IMG/VR virus record: IMGVR_UViG_2695420874_000005 | DNA length: 29,666 nucleotides | Strand: one strand, 5' to 3' | Source of the DNA: a virus | Lineage: Duplodnaviria > Heunggongvirae > Uroviricota > Caudoviricetes | Part shown: piece by piece, positions 18,531-27,319 of the stretch | Numbering within the stretch: position 1 is the first letter of the stretch | Layout of the letters: the number at the start of each line of letters is the position of its first letter | Program-made: the position numbers and the translations under genes | Notes under the pieces: generated by a model | What the model was told of the DNA's origin: nothing | The model's database searches: none | The model's input: only the letters and a program-made list of their open reading frames with translations

Positions 18531-19564
18531 TGAGCAAGAAAAAAGGGAAAACATCGCAACCTGCGGCAAAAAAAATGACCGCCAGCGCCCCGAAAATGGA
18601 GGCATTCACCTTTGGTGAGCCGGTGCCGGTACTCGACCGCCGTGACATTCTGGATTACGTCGAGTGCATCAGTAACGGCAGATGGTATGAGCCACCGGTC
18701 AGCTTTACCGGTCTGGCAAAAAGCCTGCGTGCTGCCGTGCATCACAGCTCACCGATTTACGTCAAACGCAATATTCTGGCCTCGACATTTATCCCGCATC
18801 CGTGGCTTTCCCAGCAGGATTTCAGCCGCTTTGTACTGGATTTTCTGGTGTTCGGTAATGCGTTTCTGGAAAAGCGTTACAGCACCACCGGTAAGGTCAT
18901 CAGACTGGAAACCTCACCGGCAAAATATACCCGCCGTGGTGTGGAAGAGGATGTTTACTGGTGGGTGCCGTCCTTCAACGAGCCGACAGCCTTCACGCCC
19001 GGCTCCGTGTTTCACCTGCTGGAGCCGGATATTAATCAGGAGTTGTACGGCCTGCCGGAATATCTCAGCGCCCTTAATTCTGCCTGGCTGAATGAGTCGG
19101 CCACGCTGTTCCGCCGAAAGTATTACGAAAATGGCGCTCATGCCGGATACATCATGTACGTCACCGATGCCGTGCAGGATCGCAACGATATCGAAATGCT
19201 TCGCGAAAACATGGTTAAGTCGAAAGGCCGCAACAACTTTAAAAATCTGTTTCTCTATGCCCCACAGGGGAAAGCCGACGGCATCAAAATTATCCCGCTC
19301 AGTGAAGTGGCGACGAAGGACGATTTTTTTAATATCAAAAAAGCCAGCGCCGTTGACCTGCTGGATGCGCACCGCATCCCCTTTCAGTTGATGGGCGGCA
19401 AGCCGGAAAACGTCGGGTCTCTGGGTGATATTGAGAAAGTGGCAAAGGTCTTTGTCCGCAATGAGCTTATCCCGTTACAGGACAGGATCCGCGAGATAAA
19501 CGGCTGGCTCGGTCAGGAGGTCATCCGCTTTAAAAACTACTCACTGGACACTGACAACGGCTGA
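18530..19564 (+). CDS. Q: portal protein (P2 gpQ-like), 344 aa
   Basis: 344 aa as P2 gpQ; immediately upstream of cos. Confidence 0.9.
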   Translation: MSKKKGKTSQPAAKKMTASAPKMEAFTFGEPVPVLDRRDILDYVECISNGRWYEPPVSFTGLAKSLRAAVHHSSPIYVKRNILASTFIPHPWLSQQDFSRFVLDFLVFGNAFLEKRYSTTGKVIRLETSPAKYTRRGVEEDVYWWVPSFNEPTAFTPGSVFHLLEPDINQELYGLPEYLSALNSAWLNESATLFRRKYYENGAHAGYIMYVTDAVQDRNDIEMLRENMVKSKGRNNFKNLFLYAPQGKADGIKIIPLSEVATKDDFFNIKKASAVDLLDAHRIPFQLMGGKPENVGSLGDIEKVAKVFVRNELIPLQDRIREINGWLGQEVIRFKNYSLDTDNG

Positions 19565-19569
19565 ACATC

Positions 19570-19591
19570 GCCGCCTGCGGGCGGCTTTTTT
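19570..19591 (+). terminator. intrinsic terminator after Q
   Basis: GCCGCC-tgcg-GGCGGC hairpin followed by TTTTTT, 6 bp after the Q stop. Confidence 0.65.
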
Positions 19592-19733
19592 ACAACCCGT
19601 CATCACGCCCTCACACGCTCACCACCGCGCAAAACAGCCCGCAGACAAACCAACGCCCCGGCGCACAATCTAAACGCCATCACGACGCGCTCAGACGCTG
19701 AAAAAATAAAATCAGCACCACCGCCAGCGCGCA

Positions 19734-19752
19734 GTGCTTTCCCCGCCTCGCC
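19734..19752. other. cos: cos cohesive-end site (P2 19-nt cos, reverse complement)
   Basis: gtgctttccccgcctcgcc is the reverse complement of GGCGAGGCGGGGAAAGCAC, the P2/P4 cohesive end as I recall it; located next to Q. Confidence 0.6.
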
Positions 19753-19959
19753 CGCCCGCTTCATGGGGCGCTTTTAATGCAGTTTCATGAATACGTTGGA
19801 AGCGCGCCAGACGTCACGGACAATACTTCAAATAAGTAAAGCTAATGCATGCAAAAAAATTCACGTCCATGCATACACCAGAAACTGCCATTTATAAGGA
19901 TGATGTATGCAGTAGCCATATAAAAAGCTATACTCTTGCCGGTTTATCAGGGGGAGAAA

Positions 19960-20943
19960 ATGCCAAAAGCTGTATCATTGTTCTCGGGTTGTGGTGGTTC
20001 CGATGCTGGATTAAGCAAAGCTGGTTTCGACATCGTTATGGCAAACGATATTTTGCCATATGCGAGAGAGGTTTATCTCGCAAACCTACCAGAAACAGAT
20101 TACCTAATCCAAGATATCCGAGAAGTTGAAAAATTTCCGAGTGCAGACCTTCTTGTTGGATGCTATCCATGCCAAGGATTTAGCCAAGGTGGCGCACGTC
20201 TTGCGGACAGGAGTATAAATTTTTTATATAAAGAGTTTGCACGTGCATTAACCAATATTCAACCTAAAGCATTTATTGTCGAAAATGTTTCAGGTATGAG
20301 AAATAGTACATTTAAGCATCTACTCGATGATCAAATAAAACGCTTCTCCAATGCTGGTAATATAGGCTATAAAGTTGTTTGGAATATACTCAAAGCTCAC
20401 CACTACGGTGTACCGCAAGAGCGTAAGAGATTAATAATTGTAGGTATTCGTAACGACTTCGACCTAGAATATAAATTCCCTGAAGCCACACATGGTGAGG
20501 AAAAATCATTACCTTATGTAACAATCGGTGAAGCACTAAAGGGATTACCTGAATGGCCAATCGGTGAGTTTTGTGATGACCCATTTCACTGGTACTATTT
20601 ATCTAGGAATAGACGCCGCAACTGGGACGAAGTTAGTAAAACTATCGTAAGTAATCTTCGTCATATTCCCTTGCATCCCATCAGCCCCGAATTAAAAAAA
20701 GTGGGTATAGACAAGTGGGAGTTTATAACAAACTCGCCAGCCAGACGCTTCTCTTATAAAGAAGCGGCGATTCTGCAAGGGTTTAGTAAAGAATATACCA
20801 ATCATGGTGGTTATCTAACTTTTCCTGACATGGATAGTTTTGGGGCCGCACGGATGTTAAAAGAGAGATATAAGGTCGTAGGTAATGCAGTTCCACCACC
20901 TTTGTTTGAAGCGGTTGTGAGAAACATCCCTGATATATGGTAA
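19960..20943 (+). CDS. DNA (cytosine-5)-methyltransferase, 327 aa
   Basis: Motif I LFSGCGG, motif IV PCQ (Cys71, TGC at 20170-20172), motif VI ENV, motif VIII QERKR, motif X GNAVPPPL; SD GGGGAG 6 nt before ATG 19960; AT-rich. Confidence 0.85.
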   Translation: MPKAVSLFSGCGGSDAGLSKAGFDIVMANDILPYAREVYLANLPETDYLIQDIREVEKFPSADLLVGCYPCQGFSQGGARLADRSINFLYKEFARALTNIQPKAFIVENVSGMRNSTFKHLLDDQIKRFSNAGNIGYKVVWNILKAHHYGVPQERKRLIIVGIRNDFDLEYKFPEATHGEEKSLPYVTIGEALKGLPEWPIGEFCDDPFHWYYLSRNRRRNWDEVSKTIVSNLRHIPLHPISPELKKVGIDKWEFITNSPARRFSYKEAAILQGFSKEYTNHGGYLTFPDMDSFGAARMLKERYKVVGNAVPPPLFEAVVRNIPDIW

Positions 20944-20944
20944 T

Positions 20945-20966
20945 GGCCCATCACTGGGCCTTTTTT
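20945..20966 (+). terminator. intrinsic terminator of the methyltransferase gene, overlapping the 3' end of the convergent 318-aa gene
   Basis: GGCCCA-tcac-TGGGCC hairpin followed by TTTTTT, starting 2 bp after the MTase stop; covers the last codons of the convergent gene. Confidence 0.55.
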
Positions 20967-21907
20967 AATTCTTTACAAAAGGTAATTAACGCATCTAACT
21001 CATCCTGCATATCACCAAATTCATCCTTAAAACGCTCATATGCAATAGTTAAACGGACTCGATCAAATATAATTCCAGCTTCTGCGCTTGCTTCTCTTAT
21101 CATTTCATCAACTAACACATAAGGTGTTGAGAAAACTTTAACACACTTAATGTAAGTTAATGGATGAAACCATGGTGTTAACCTTTCAATTTTAATATCC
21201 TGAAACTTTGTTGACCAATCATTACCACAAGCGCATTGCCCTAAAGCAAATAAACGTCCATCTCTACCATCCAAAAAATCAACCCATGTAACAAAATCCA
21301 CACCACAATCTTTAATTCTCAATGCATCCTCATCTCTTAAGCCATTCTCTACGCGCCAAGACCATTCTCTTGTATTTGGTGAGATCGAAGAGTTCAGTTT
21401 ATAAGCTAGTTCCTTATAACTACTAGGATTTCCATTTGAACGAGGCCAACCAGTATGCATGTGTTTTGCGTGTGAACTAAAAAATTTTGTGAATAATCGC
21501 CCAGCCATAACTTCAAAAAATCTAGGCAACTTAACATTATCTCCTTTTGTTAAATTATTAATTACAGAGACACATAAGCAAAACAGATAAACAAGGGAAG
21601 GAGACTCCTTTAATGTTAGATGATTTTCTTTATATTCAAATGGATACATATCATCCAAAACCTTTGCTCTCCATTGTATATGCTCGGCAATCTGACCAAC
21701 TAAAAGCTCCTTTCCCTGATCTTCCATCATCCATTCTTCTTCCAAATGACCATCTAAATTTTCTAACTCATCATAGATAGTTCCAGCAATTTTATCATCC
21801 TCAATTCCTGAGTCTATTGTCGCGCTAACATCAAGTAATGCATTAAATTCTGCTTGATCCGCATCTGTTGCGAATCCCTGCATTTTAGAGCGTAAACCAT
21901 AATTCAC
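20951..21907 (-). CDS. hypothetical protein, 318 aa, second gene of hotspot operon (possible nuclease/effector)
   Basis: GTG start 2 bp after upstream stop with SD GAGGG 9 nt upstream (translational coupling); AT-rich; no Walker A motif; no motif recognised by eye. Confidence 0.6.
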   Translation of the reverse strand: MNYGLRSKMQGFATDADQAEFNALLDVSATIDSGIEDDKIAGTIYDELENLDGHLEEEWMMEDQGKELLVGQIAEHIQWRAKVLDDMYPFEYKENHLTLKESPSLVYLFCLCVSVINNLTKGDNVKLPRFFEVMAGRLFTKFFSSHAKHMHTGWPRSNGNPSSYKELAYKLNSSISPNTREWSWRVENGLRDEDALRIKDCGVDFVTWVDFLDGRDGRLFALGQCACGNDWSTKFQDIKIERLTPWFHPLTYIKCVKVFSTPYVLVDEMIREASAEAGIIFDRVRLTIAYERFKDEFGDMQDELDALITFCKELKKAQ

Positions 21908-21909
21908 AA

Positions 21910-23085
21910 TTAAAAACCCTCACTATCACTTCCAGTAATAGCCTCATTAATTGATACTCTAAAAGATCTAAATTGTTTACTTATTTGCTCAAGATATATA
22001 TTAAGTTGAATAGCATCCTGCATTGGTAAATCTTCACGCCCTACCCTCGTAAGACATTCGTCCAATTTACTTCTAATTTCTAACATTAAACTAGTCAACC
22101 TATCGCCGATTGGCTGAGTTAGGTCATTAATGTCTTCAACATCCTTGCCTTGCTTGAGCAGTATAACTTTTTCTGGAGAAGCAACTATCTCAGCCAAGAC
22201 ACCAAGATTACGAGAGTCTTTAACTTGTGAGTTTTGTCCTTTATTTTTATTACCAAACATAGCTGTCATTAGAAGCTTCGCATTATCCAATTTCTTTTCA
22301 TCTATTGGATTAGGGTCTGTAGGATTATCTGATAAGCCCACAAAATCCTGAATACTCTTATAACTCAGCAATGTATAAACCCACGAGAATGGATAACTAG
22401 TATTGCTCCCTCTCCCTTTCTTCACACTATCATCTTTATTATACTTCCCAGCAGACTCCATTTGTTTAATGAAATTATATCCAGACAAAAGTCTTTTTAT
22501 AGTGCTATTACGGTCACCAATCATAGTGGAAATATCAGATACGCTCATATCTCCTTCCTTGATGGTTCGAGATATCCATGCAGCCTTAGCGTATGAATCC
22601 CAATCCTTTGTAGATACGATATGCCTCACACCTAAATATGATATAAGTGATTTTTTATCTACACCATCATCGTCTTCAAAAACTATTGCTGGAACTGGGT
22701 CTATTTTAGGGCACCCATGAGAATTGTATTTATCAATATACTGTTGATGCAGATTAACTTGATCTCTTGCTCTGTCATCATTTTTAAGTATAAGACAGGC
22801 AGCCAGCCTTCTATTACCTTCCATTACAGTGAATTTCTTATTATTATTTTTCCTCACCACCATTGGCTCAGCAGAAAAATAACCATTCACTGCAATAGAA
22901 CTTATTACATCAGTAACGCCATAATTTTTAACAATATTATTCAGCACATCAACTTGTGTATCAGATGAAGAAGAGTCTTCACCAAAGCGGGGGTTTTCAA
23001 CATCAAGCTCCAGATCTTCAATATTAATATATTGAACTGCTTTATGTTTTAATTTATCCTCCACACCTACCGAGTTTTTTTTCAT
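21910..23085 (-). CDS. ParB/Srx-like N-terminal domain protein with putative HTH, 391 aa
   Basis: N-terminal region (aa about 17-100) with ParB-like pattern and GxRRxxA-type motif (EGNRRLAA, nt 22807-22821); HTH-like segment MSVSDISTMIGDRNSTIKRLL; strong SD GGGGAGGGG before ATG; AT-rich. Confidence 0.65.
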   Translation of the reverse strand: MKKNSVGVEDKLKHKAVQYINIEDLELDVENPRFGEDSSSSDTQVDVLNNIVKNYGVTDVISSIAVNGYFSAEPMVVRKNNNKKFTVMEGNRRLAACLILKNDDRARDQVNLHQQYIDKYNSHGCPKIDPVPAIVFEDDDGVDKKSLISYLGVRHIVSTKDWDSYAKAAWISRTIKEGDMSVSDISTMIGDRNSTIKRLLSGYNFIKQMESAGKYNKDDSVKKGRGSNTSYPFSWVYTLLSYKSIQDFVGLSDNPTDPNPIDEKKLDNAKLLMTAMFGNKNKGQNSQVKDSRNLGVLAEIVASPEKVILLKQGKDVEDINDLTQPIGDRLTSLMLEIRSKLDECLTRVGREDLPMQDAIQLNIYLEQISKQFRSFRVSINEAITGSDSEGF

Positions 23086-23281
23086 ATGTTTACCCCTCCC
23101 CTAAATTCTGGAATGCAACAGTGCTCAACCCTACTCTCGTTTCTGCACACCTAACATACAACAGCTAGTTTTTCCATGATAGCTTTTGCTGTCGATGCTA
23201 GACAAGCCAAAGCCTACAGCGGTCTTATACTATTCTGTTTTAACTGCATACAATCCTACCGTTTATTAACTGATTGTAAAC

Positions 23282-25576
23282 TCAAGCACCACAATCAAAA
23301 AAATCAACAGAAGGAAATCCAAGCCACTCATCAGCGACCTGATAAGTGAAATGTTTCCCGTCATAATTTACGGTTGCCCCACGCGCCAGCGCCTCAAGCT
23401 CCCATCGCTGCGGCCTGATACCGTTCTGAGCAAGGTCAACGCGGATACGGGTGATTTGCATTCTTTCCGACCGGGTCAGTCTGGCCGATGGTGCAATTTC
23501 ATGTGGTTTTAACGGGCTTCCGTTTCTTTGCTGACGGTTTGGCGTTCTCAGGTCGTATTTTAGTGCGCCCCTGAGCGCCCTCACGACCTCCGGTTCATTC
23601 CATTCAATAACACCGTCATCAACCAGATTAAGCACTGCTGCGGCGTGCTCAGAAGGTGTGGGAGCCGGTAACGAAGTATCACCACCGGTGAGCTTTCCAC
23701 AGTTATTGACAGGACTCCGAGGCGCGGCGATGCCGCTTTTTAAAGTCAAAGGCTCAACGACCGGAACTTTCGGCACAATGCGCCACTCCGTCGTTCTGGT
23801 GATATGAATATGACGCGCGCCGAGATGCGGTGCGTAAATGCCGACCACTCTCTCGACCTCTTCCTCGTACTCGTTAACGTCATCCGACGGGCTACGGGCG
23901 ACCCTGACAGTCTGACAATCGCGCGGGACATTTGCCCCACCCTGCGCGCGGATATACAACGCAAAATCACCACTGTCTGCGGCGGCGCGTGCAGCCTCGA
24001 CGCGCTCGTCAAACTCATCAGCAATGCTGACGCCGCGAGGCAATTTGCGTAGTTCACGGTAAGCCCCCATTGTCGGCAGGCCAACCGTTTTAAATTGTGG
24101 TATGCGCCACGTTGACGCCCATGCGGTAACAGCCGCCGCTGTGTCTTTCAGCGGCCTGCCGGTATCGTTATCGAGCTGACCATCCAGTGCATAGCCATCG
24201 ATGTTTTTTGAGATGTATTTCGCGATATATCCCGCAGCACCGCCCCGGTTAAGGTGTTTTGCCTGAAAACGGTTTCGCGCGGCTCCTCTTTCGTCACCAT
24301 CCTCTTTGAGCGCATAGCGACGCATGATTTCGATAATCTGGTTACGCTGGCGTGGATTACAAAAAAGCATCATATGCCAGTGCGGCGTTCCGTCGTGGTG
24401 TGGCTCGACGACACGCAAACCGTAGACCTGTAAATCATTATCCTTGAATGCCGTGCGCATCAGGCTCCAGATACGGCAGAGATAACGCTGCGCATCCTTT
24501 GGATTAAATGCCTCATCATTCCAGCCGTGATTAAGCTGGACGGTTTTTCTTTCGCCTTTTCCGACCTGACGTGTCGGGTGATACTTTGACGGCGCGGTCA
24601 GCGTGATAAACATCCCCACATCACCCTCTGCGGCGGCGTAACGCTCAATACCGGCAATGGTGTTCATCAGCTCCATCCGGCGAATTTCAGGATTAGAAAT
24701 ACTGCCCATCACCTTACTGATAAGGTCGATGCGTTCGCCGGTTTCCCTGTTTTCAAGGTCACACGATTTAAGAAATTCCAGATTTGCCTGGCGGCGCGCA
24801 CGCACATCACGAATGGCGTGTTTACTGGCATAAGGAGAACGGTCTTTATTGACCTCCCCGACAGCTATCAGTAACGCTTCATGCCAGCGCATACGCTGGC
24901 CTTTAAGCTGACTAATCCACCACTCATCGTTAAACAGACGGGCAATGGCAGAATATGCCTGCCTCGTGGTCATCTGTCCTTTACGGTATTTTTTCCAGTA
25001 GAGAGGGGAAATATTGAAAGCACGTGCAGCGCCAGCAACATGACCATAGAGGTGAGCCTGCGCCTCATCCGTAAACAGCGATTCTTTTTCGCCATGCGCA
25101 TCCACCCAGGCATCGCAGAGTTCCTCATACATCATGAAAAGCTGCGATGAAATACGGGCGGCAAACTTTTTCAGCTCCTTATCATTCATCCCCGGCAGAC
25201 GCGCATAATGGTCACGCTCTGCCAGAAACAGCAACGACGCGTCGGTGTTCATTTCATGGCGCTGATTCACGCGCTCAATGCGCGGCCATAAACGACGCTG
25301 AAAAGTGGATGTGAGGAAATAAAACCCGTGCACCGGGCTTTTATTGCGCCGGATGTAGTCATAGCGTGAAGTAAACAGCGAACGCAAAAAGTAAGGCAGG
25401 CGGTTAATCGTGGATAAAACACCTTGCACCTGACGCATCTCGTCACGTGTAAGGGGTCTTTCGCGCCCGACGGCCTCGCGTGGCGCGTTCCATGCATAAG
25501 CACCGGTAAACGCCTTACCGGTGCCTGCAGCAAATGCTGAAGGAGGGACAAAACGCCCGGAGGCTTTAACGGCCAT
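23282..25576 (-). CDS. A: replication initiation endonuclease (P2 gpA-like rolling-circle initiator), 764 aa
   Basis: Start at MAVKASGRFVPP (ATG 25576); long match to P2 gpA as recalled; the TTG start at 25618 in the ORF track is rejected. Confidence 0.9.
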   Translation of the reverse strand: MAVKASGRFVPPSAFAAGTGKAFTGAYAWNAPREAVGRERPLTRDEMRQVQGVLSTINRLPYFLRSLFTSRYDYIRRNKSPVHGFYFLTSTFQRRLWPRIERVNQRHEMNTDASLLFLAERDHYARLPGMNDKELKKFAARISSQLFMMYEELCDAWVDAHGEKESLFTDEAQAHLYGHVAGAARAFNISPLYWKKYRKGQMTTRQAYSAIARLFNDEWWISQLKGQRMRWHEALLIAVGEVNKDRSPYASKHAIRDVRARRQANLEFLKSCDLENRETGERIDLISKVMGSISNPEIRRMELMNTIAGIERYAAAEGDVGMFITLTAPSKYHPTRQVGKGERKTVQLNHGWNDEAFNPKDAQRYLCRIWSLMRTAFKDNDLQVYGLRVVEPHHDGTPHWHMMLFCNPRQRNQIIEIMRRYALKEDGDERGAARNRFQAKHLNRGGAAGYIAKYISKNIDGYALDGQLDNDTGRPLKDTAAAVTAWASTWRIPQFKTVGLPTMGAYRELRKLPRGVSIADEFDERVEAARAAADSGDFALYIRAQGGANVPRDCQTVRVARSPSDDVNEYEEEVERVVGIYAPHLGARHIHITRTTEWRIVPKVPVVEPLTLKSGIAAPRSPVNNCGKLTGGDTSLPAPTPSEHAAAVLNLVDDGVIEWNEPEVVRALRGALKYDLRTPNRQQRNGSPLKPHEIAPSARLTRSERMQITRIRVDLAQNGIRPQRWELEALARGATVNYDGKHFTYQVADEWLGFPSVDFFDCGA

Positions 25577-25841
25577 ATGAGCCAAAAGCCTCTGAACAAC
25601 GCCTGCTGAGTTGCTCAACCTGCGCGTTTAAATCAGCAAAAGACTTTGCGCTTCCGGTCAGAATATCGTGATGCATCAGGCCGGAAACGAGCTGGCTTAA
25701 TTTCGGATAATAACCAACCACCGCCAGCCATTCCTGACCGGCGTTTTTACCGCTTTCCGCTCTCTTTTTCTCGTGGAGAATAAACTGAAAGCTGTCACTG
25801 GTAACGACATAACGTTCGCCAATTTCAATACGAATACTCAT
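25566..25841 (-). CDS. small early protein (P2 orf83-like), 91 aa
   Basis: ATG with SD GGAGAA; overlaps the upstream gene stop (ATGA); sits in the early operon just before A. Confidence 0.6.
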   Translation of the reverse strand: MSIRIEIGERYVVTSDSFQFILHEKKRAESGKNAGQEWLAVVGYYPKLSQLVSGLMHHDILTGSAKSFADLNAQVEQLSRRCSEAFGSYGR

Positions 25842-26062
25842 GCCATTCTCCGGTAATGCTTGTTTTTTGCTTCAAAGACTGACTGGCAGGAAACACAACG
25901 CGTGGCTGACGGATAAGCCGCACGACGGGCAGCAGGTATTGGCGCGTCACACTCTTCGCAAACCAGCGCAGAAGCACCGCAATGTTTTACCCTTGCCGCG
26001 TTAATCTGACGCTCCAGTAATTCAGCCTGTTGTTCCTGAATGAAATCTACGTTGTCCGGCAT
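25838..26062 (-). CDS. TraR/DksA-type C4 zinc-finger protein, 74 aa
   Basis: CxxC...CxxC pattern (CEECDAPIPAARRAAYPSATRCVSCQ) typical of TraR/DksA family phage proteins. Confidence 0.7.
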   Translation of the reverse strand: MPDNVDFIQEQQAELLERQINAARVKHCGASALVCEECDAPIPAARRAAYPSATRCVSCQSVFEAKNKHYRRMA

Positions 26063-26367
26063 TACCAGTTCCTTTTGTCGTTAAGGTTTTTAAATTCATC
26101 AGCGCAATAGCTGGCGATTTCTGTCGTTAATTTCGTCAGTTCATCCACGGAGGAGATTTGCTTGTGAAACACAGCGCGTTTAACAAGTAAATTGACCACA
26201 TCAGACAGGAGGTTTAATTCGTTCTGATAAATCGCGATAACAGACTCAGTTATTTCGCGTTTTTCTTTATCAAGACCAAGTTGAATAAGAGACAAATCGC
26301 CATTTTTCATAACGGCGATTTTTAGGGCGTTATTCAGTAATACAACTGAACGAGAACAGGACATCAA
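26062..26367 (-). CDS. hypothetical early protein, 101 aa, AT-rich
   Basis: ORF in the early operon with lower GC than its neighbours. Confidence 0.55.
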
Positions 26368-26588
26368 AGCACCTCCCCGCGAGACAATCCGATATTGTGA
26401 AATTTTTCCGACTCCTGACTGAGCAGCTCGACTATCTCCACGCGGGATAACTCCGCCTTTGTGATGTGGCGAATCATGGCATCAAGATGAGAAGAAAAGC
26501 GCGTCGCAGCGTCGGCCTGTGCTTCGGTTCTGGCCTGTTGCAGCAGTAATGCGTATATACCGCACTGATTTTCAGAAACTGTATGCAT
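26364..26588 (-). CDS. hypothetical early protein, 74 aa
   Basis: Start MHTVSENQ at ATG 26588 with SD GGAGAAA; overlaps downstream gene start. Confidence 0.55.
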
Positions 26589-26651
26589 GACTTTCTCCAG
26601 GCAAAAAGAAGCCCCGCACAATTAAGTGCGTTAAAAACTCTGGTTAATTAC

Positions 26652-27152
26652 TTAATGCAGATATTGCTCTGGTTTTACCGACGTCAGAATTGTCGGTGCA
26701 TACTCAAACAGGCTGAATAATTCACGTAATGCACGGAATAAAGCATCACGCCAGTAACATGACTCTTCATTAATTCGCCAGTATGGCTGATTAAATTCTT
26801 TTTCTGTCAATCCGGCGTGCATAAATAAAGTACGACGCTGACTGACTGTTAAAAAACTAATATATGCATGCTCACTTGCGCCAACCTGACGGCGTTTTGA
26901 GAATGCGCCACGCAATTCATCAATTGCACATACCAGTCGTTCACGTTCGACGTCGTTCATTTCTTCAAAACGCATCGTTGCGTGACGCTGTTTTAACTGT
27001 GCATGAAAGCAAACCGTTAGCCGTTCGCGCTCCATCATCTGATTATAATAATCACATGTATCCTGCCAGCGAGGGACGGCAAGATGCTTGCCAATTATCC
27101 GGCGCATAGCTGCTGGCTGTTTTTCAACGAGATTGAGCGTCATCACTGTCAT
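26652..27152 (-). CDS. B: replication protein B (P2 gpB-like), 166 aa
   Basis: 166 aa as P2 gpB; position in early operon. Confidence 0.8.
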   Translation of the reverse strand: MTVMTLNLVEKQPAAMRRIIGKHLAVPRWQDTCDYYNQMMERERLTVCFHAQLKQRHATMRFEEMNDVERERLVCAIDELRGAFSKRRQVGASEHAYISFLTVSQRRTLFMHAGLTEKEFNQPYWRINEESCYWRDALFRALRELFSLFEYAPTILTSVKPEQYLH

Positions 27153-27319
27153 TTCCAGACCCTCCGGCTTTTCAGAAAGGTCAGAGCCTTCTTTAACGGA
27201 CTCTGTTTTTTGGTGCGGATAATGATTCCCTTGCGTCCCTTCCCGTGGGTGATGGTGAAGTCAATCGCCCTGGGGCTTTCGTTACGCAATAACTGAGCAA
27301 TACAACGAGGTTCCTGCAT
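27149..27319 (-). CDS. small early protein (P2 orf78-like), 56 aa
   Basis: ATG 27319 preceded by AGGAGGAG; overlaps B start. Confidence 0.5.
   Translation of the reverse strand: MQEPRCIAQLLRNESPRAIDFTITHGKGRKGIIIRTKKQSPLKKALTFLKSRRVWK

Noticed and set aside
19936-19959. TTG start for the methyltransferase ORF
   Set aside because: An ATG at 19960 with GGGGAG six nucleotides upstream is a far better start; motif I follows directly.
20951-23085. Old-like, PARIS-like or other ATPase defence system in the hotspot
   Set aside because: Neither hotspot protein contains a Walker A (GxxxxGK[ST]) motif, so ATPase-based systems are unlikely.
20951-23085. Split GmrS/GmrD-like type IV restriction system (DUF262 plus DUF1524)
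   Set aside because: The 391-aa protein has a ParB-type GNRR motif rather than the DGQQR of DUF262, I could not find a His-Me finger motif in the 318-aa protein, and an adjacent C5-MTase fits poorly with a modification-dependent enzyme; cannot be excluded without profile searches.
25577-25618. TTG-initiated N-terminal extension of gene A
   Set aside because: The P2 gpA-like sequence starts at the ATG at 25576; the extension would overlap the upstream gene by about 50 nt.
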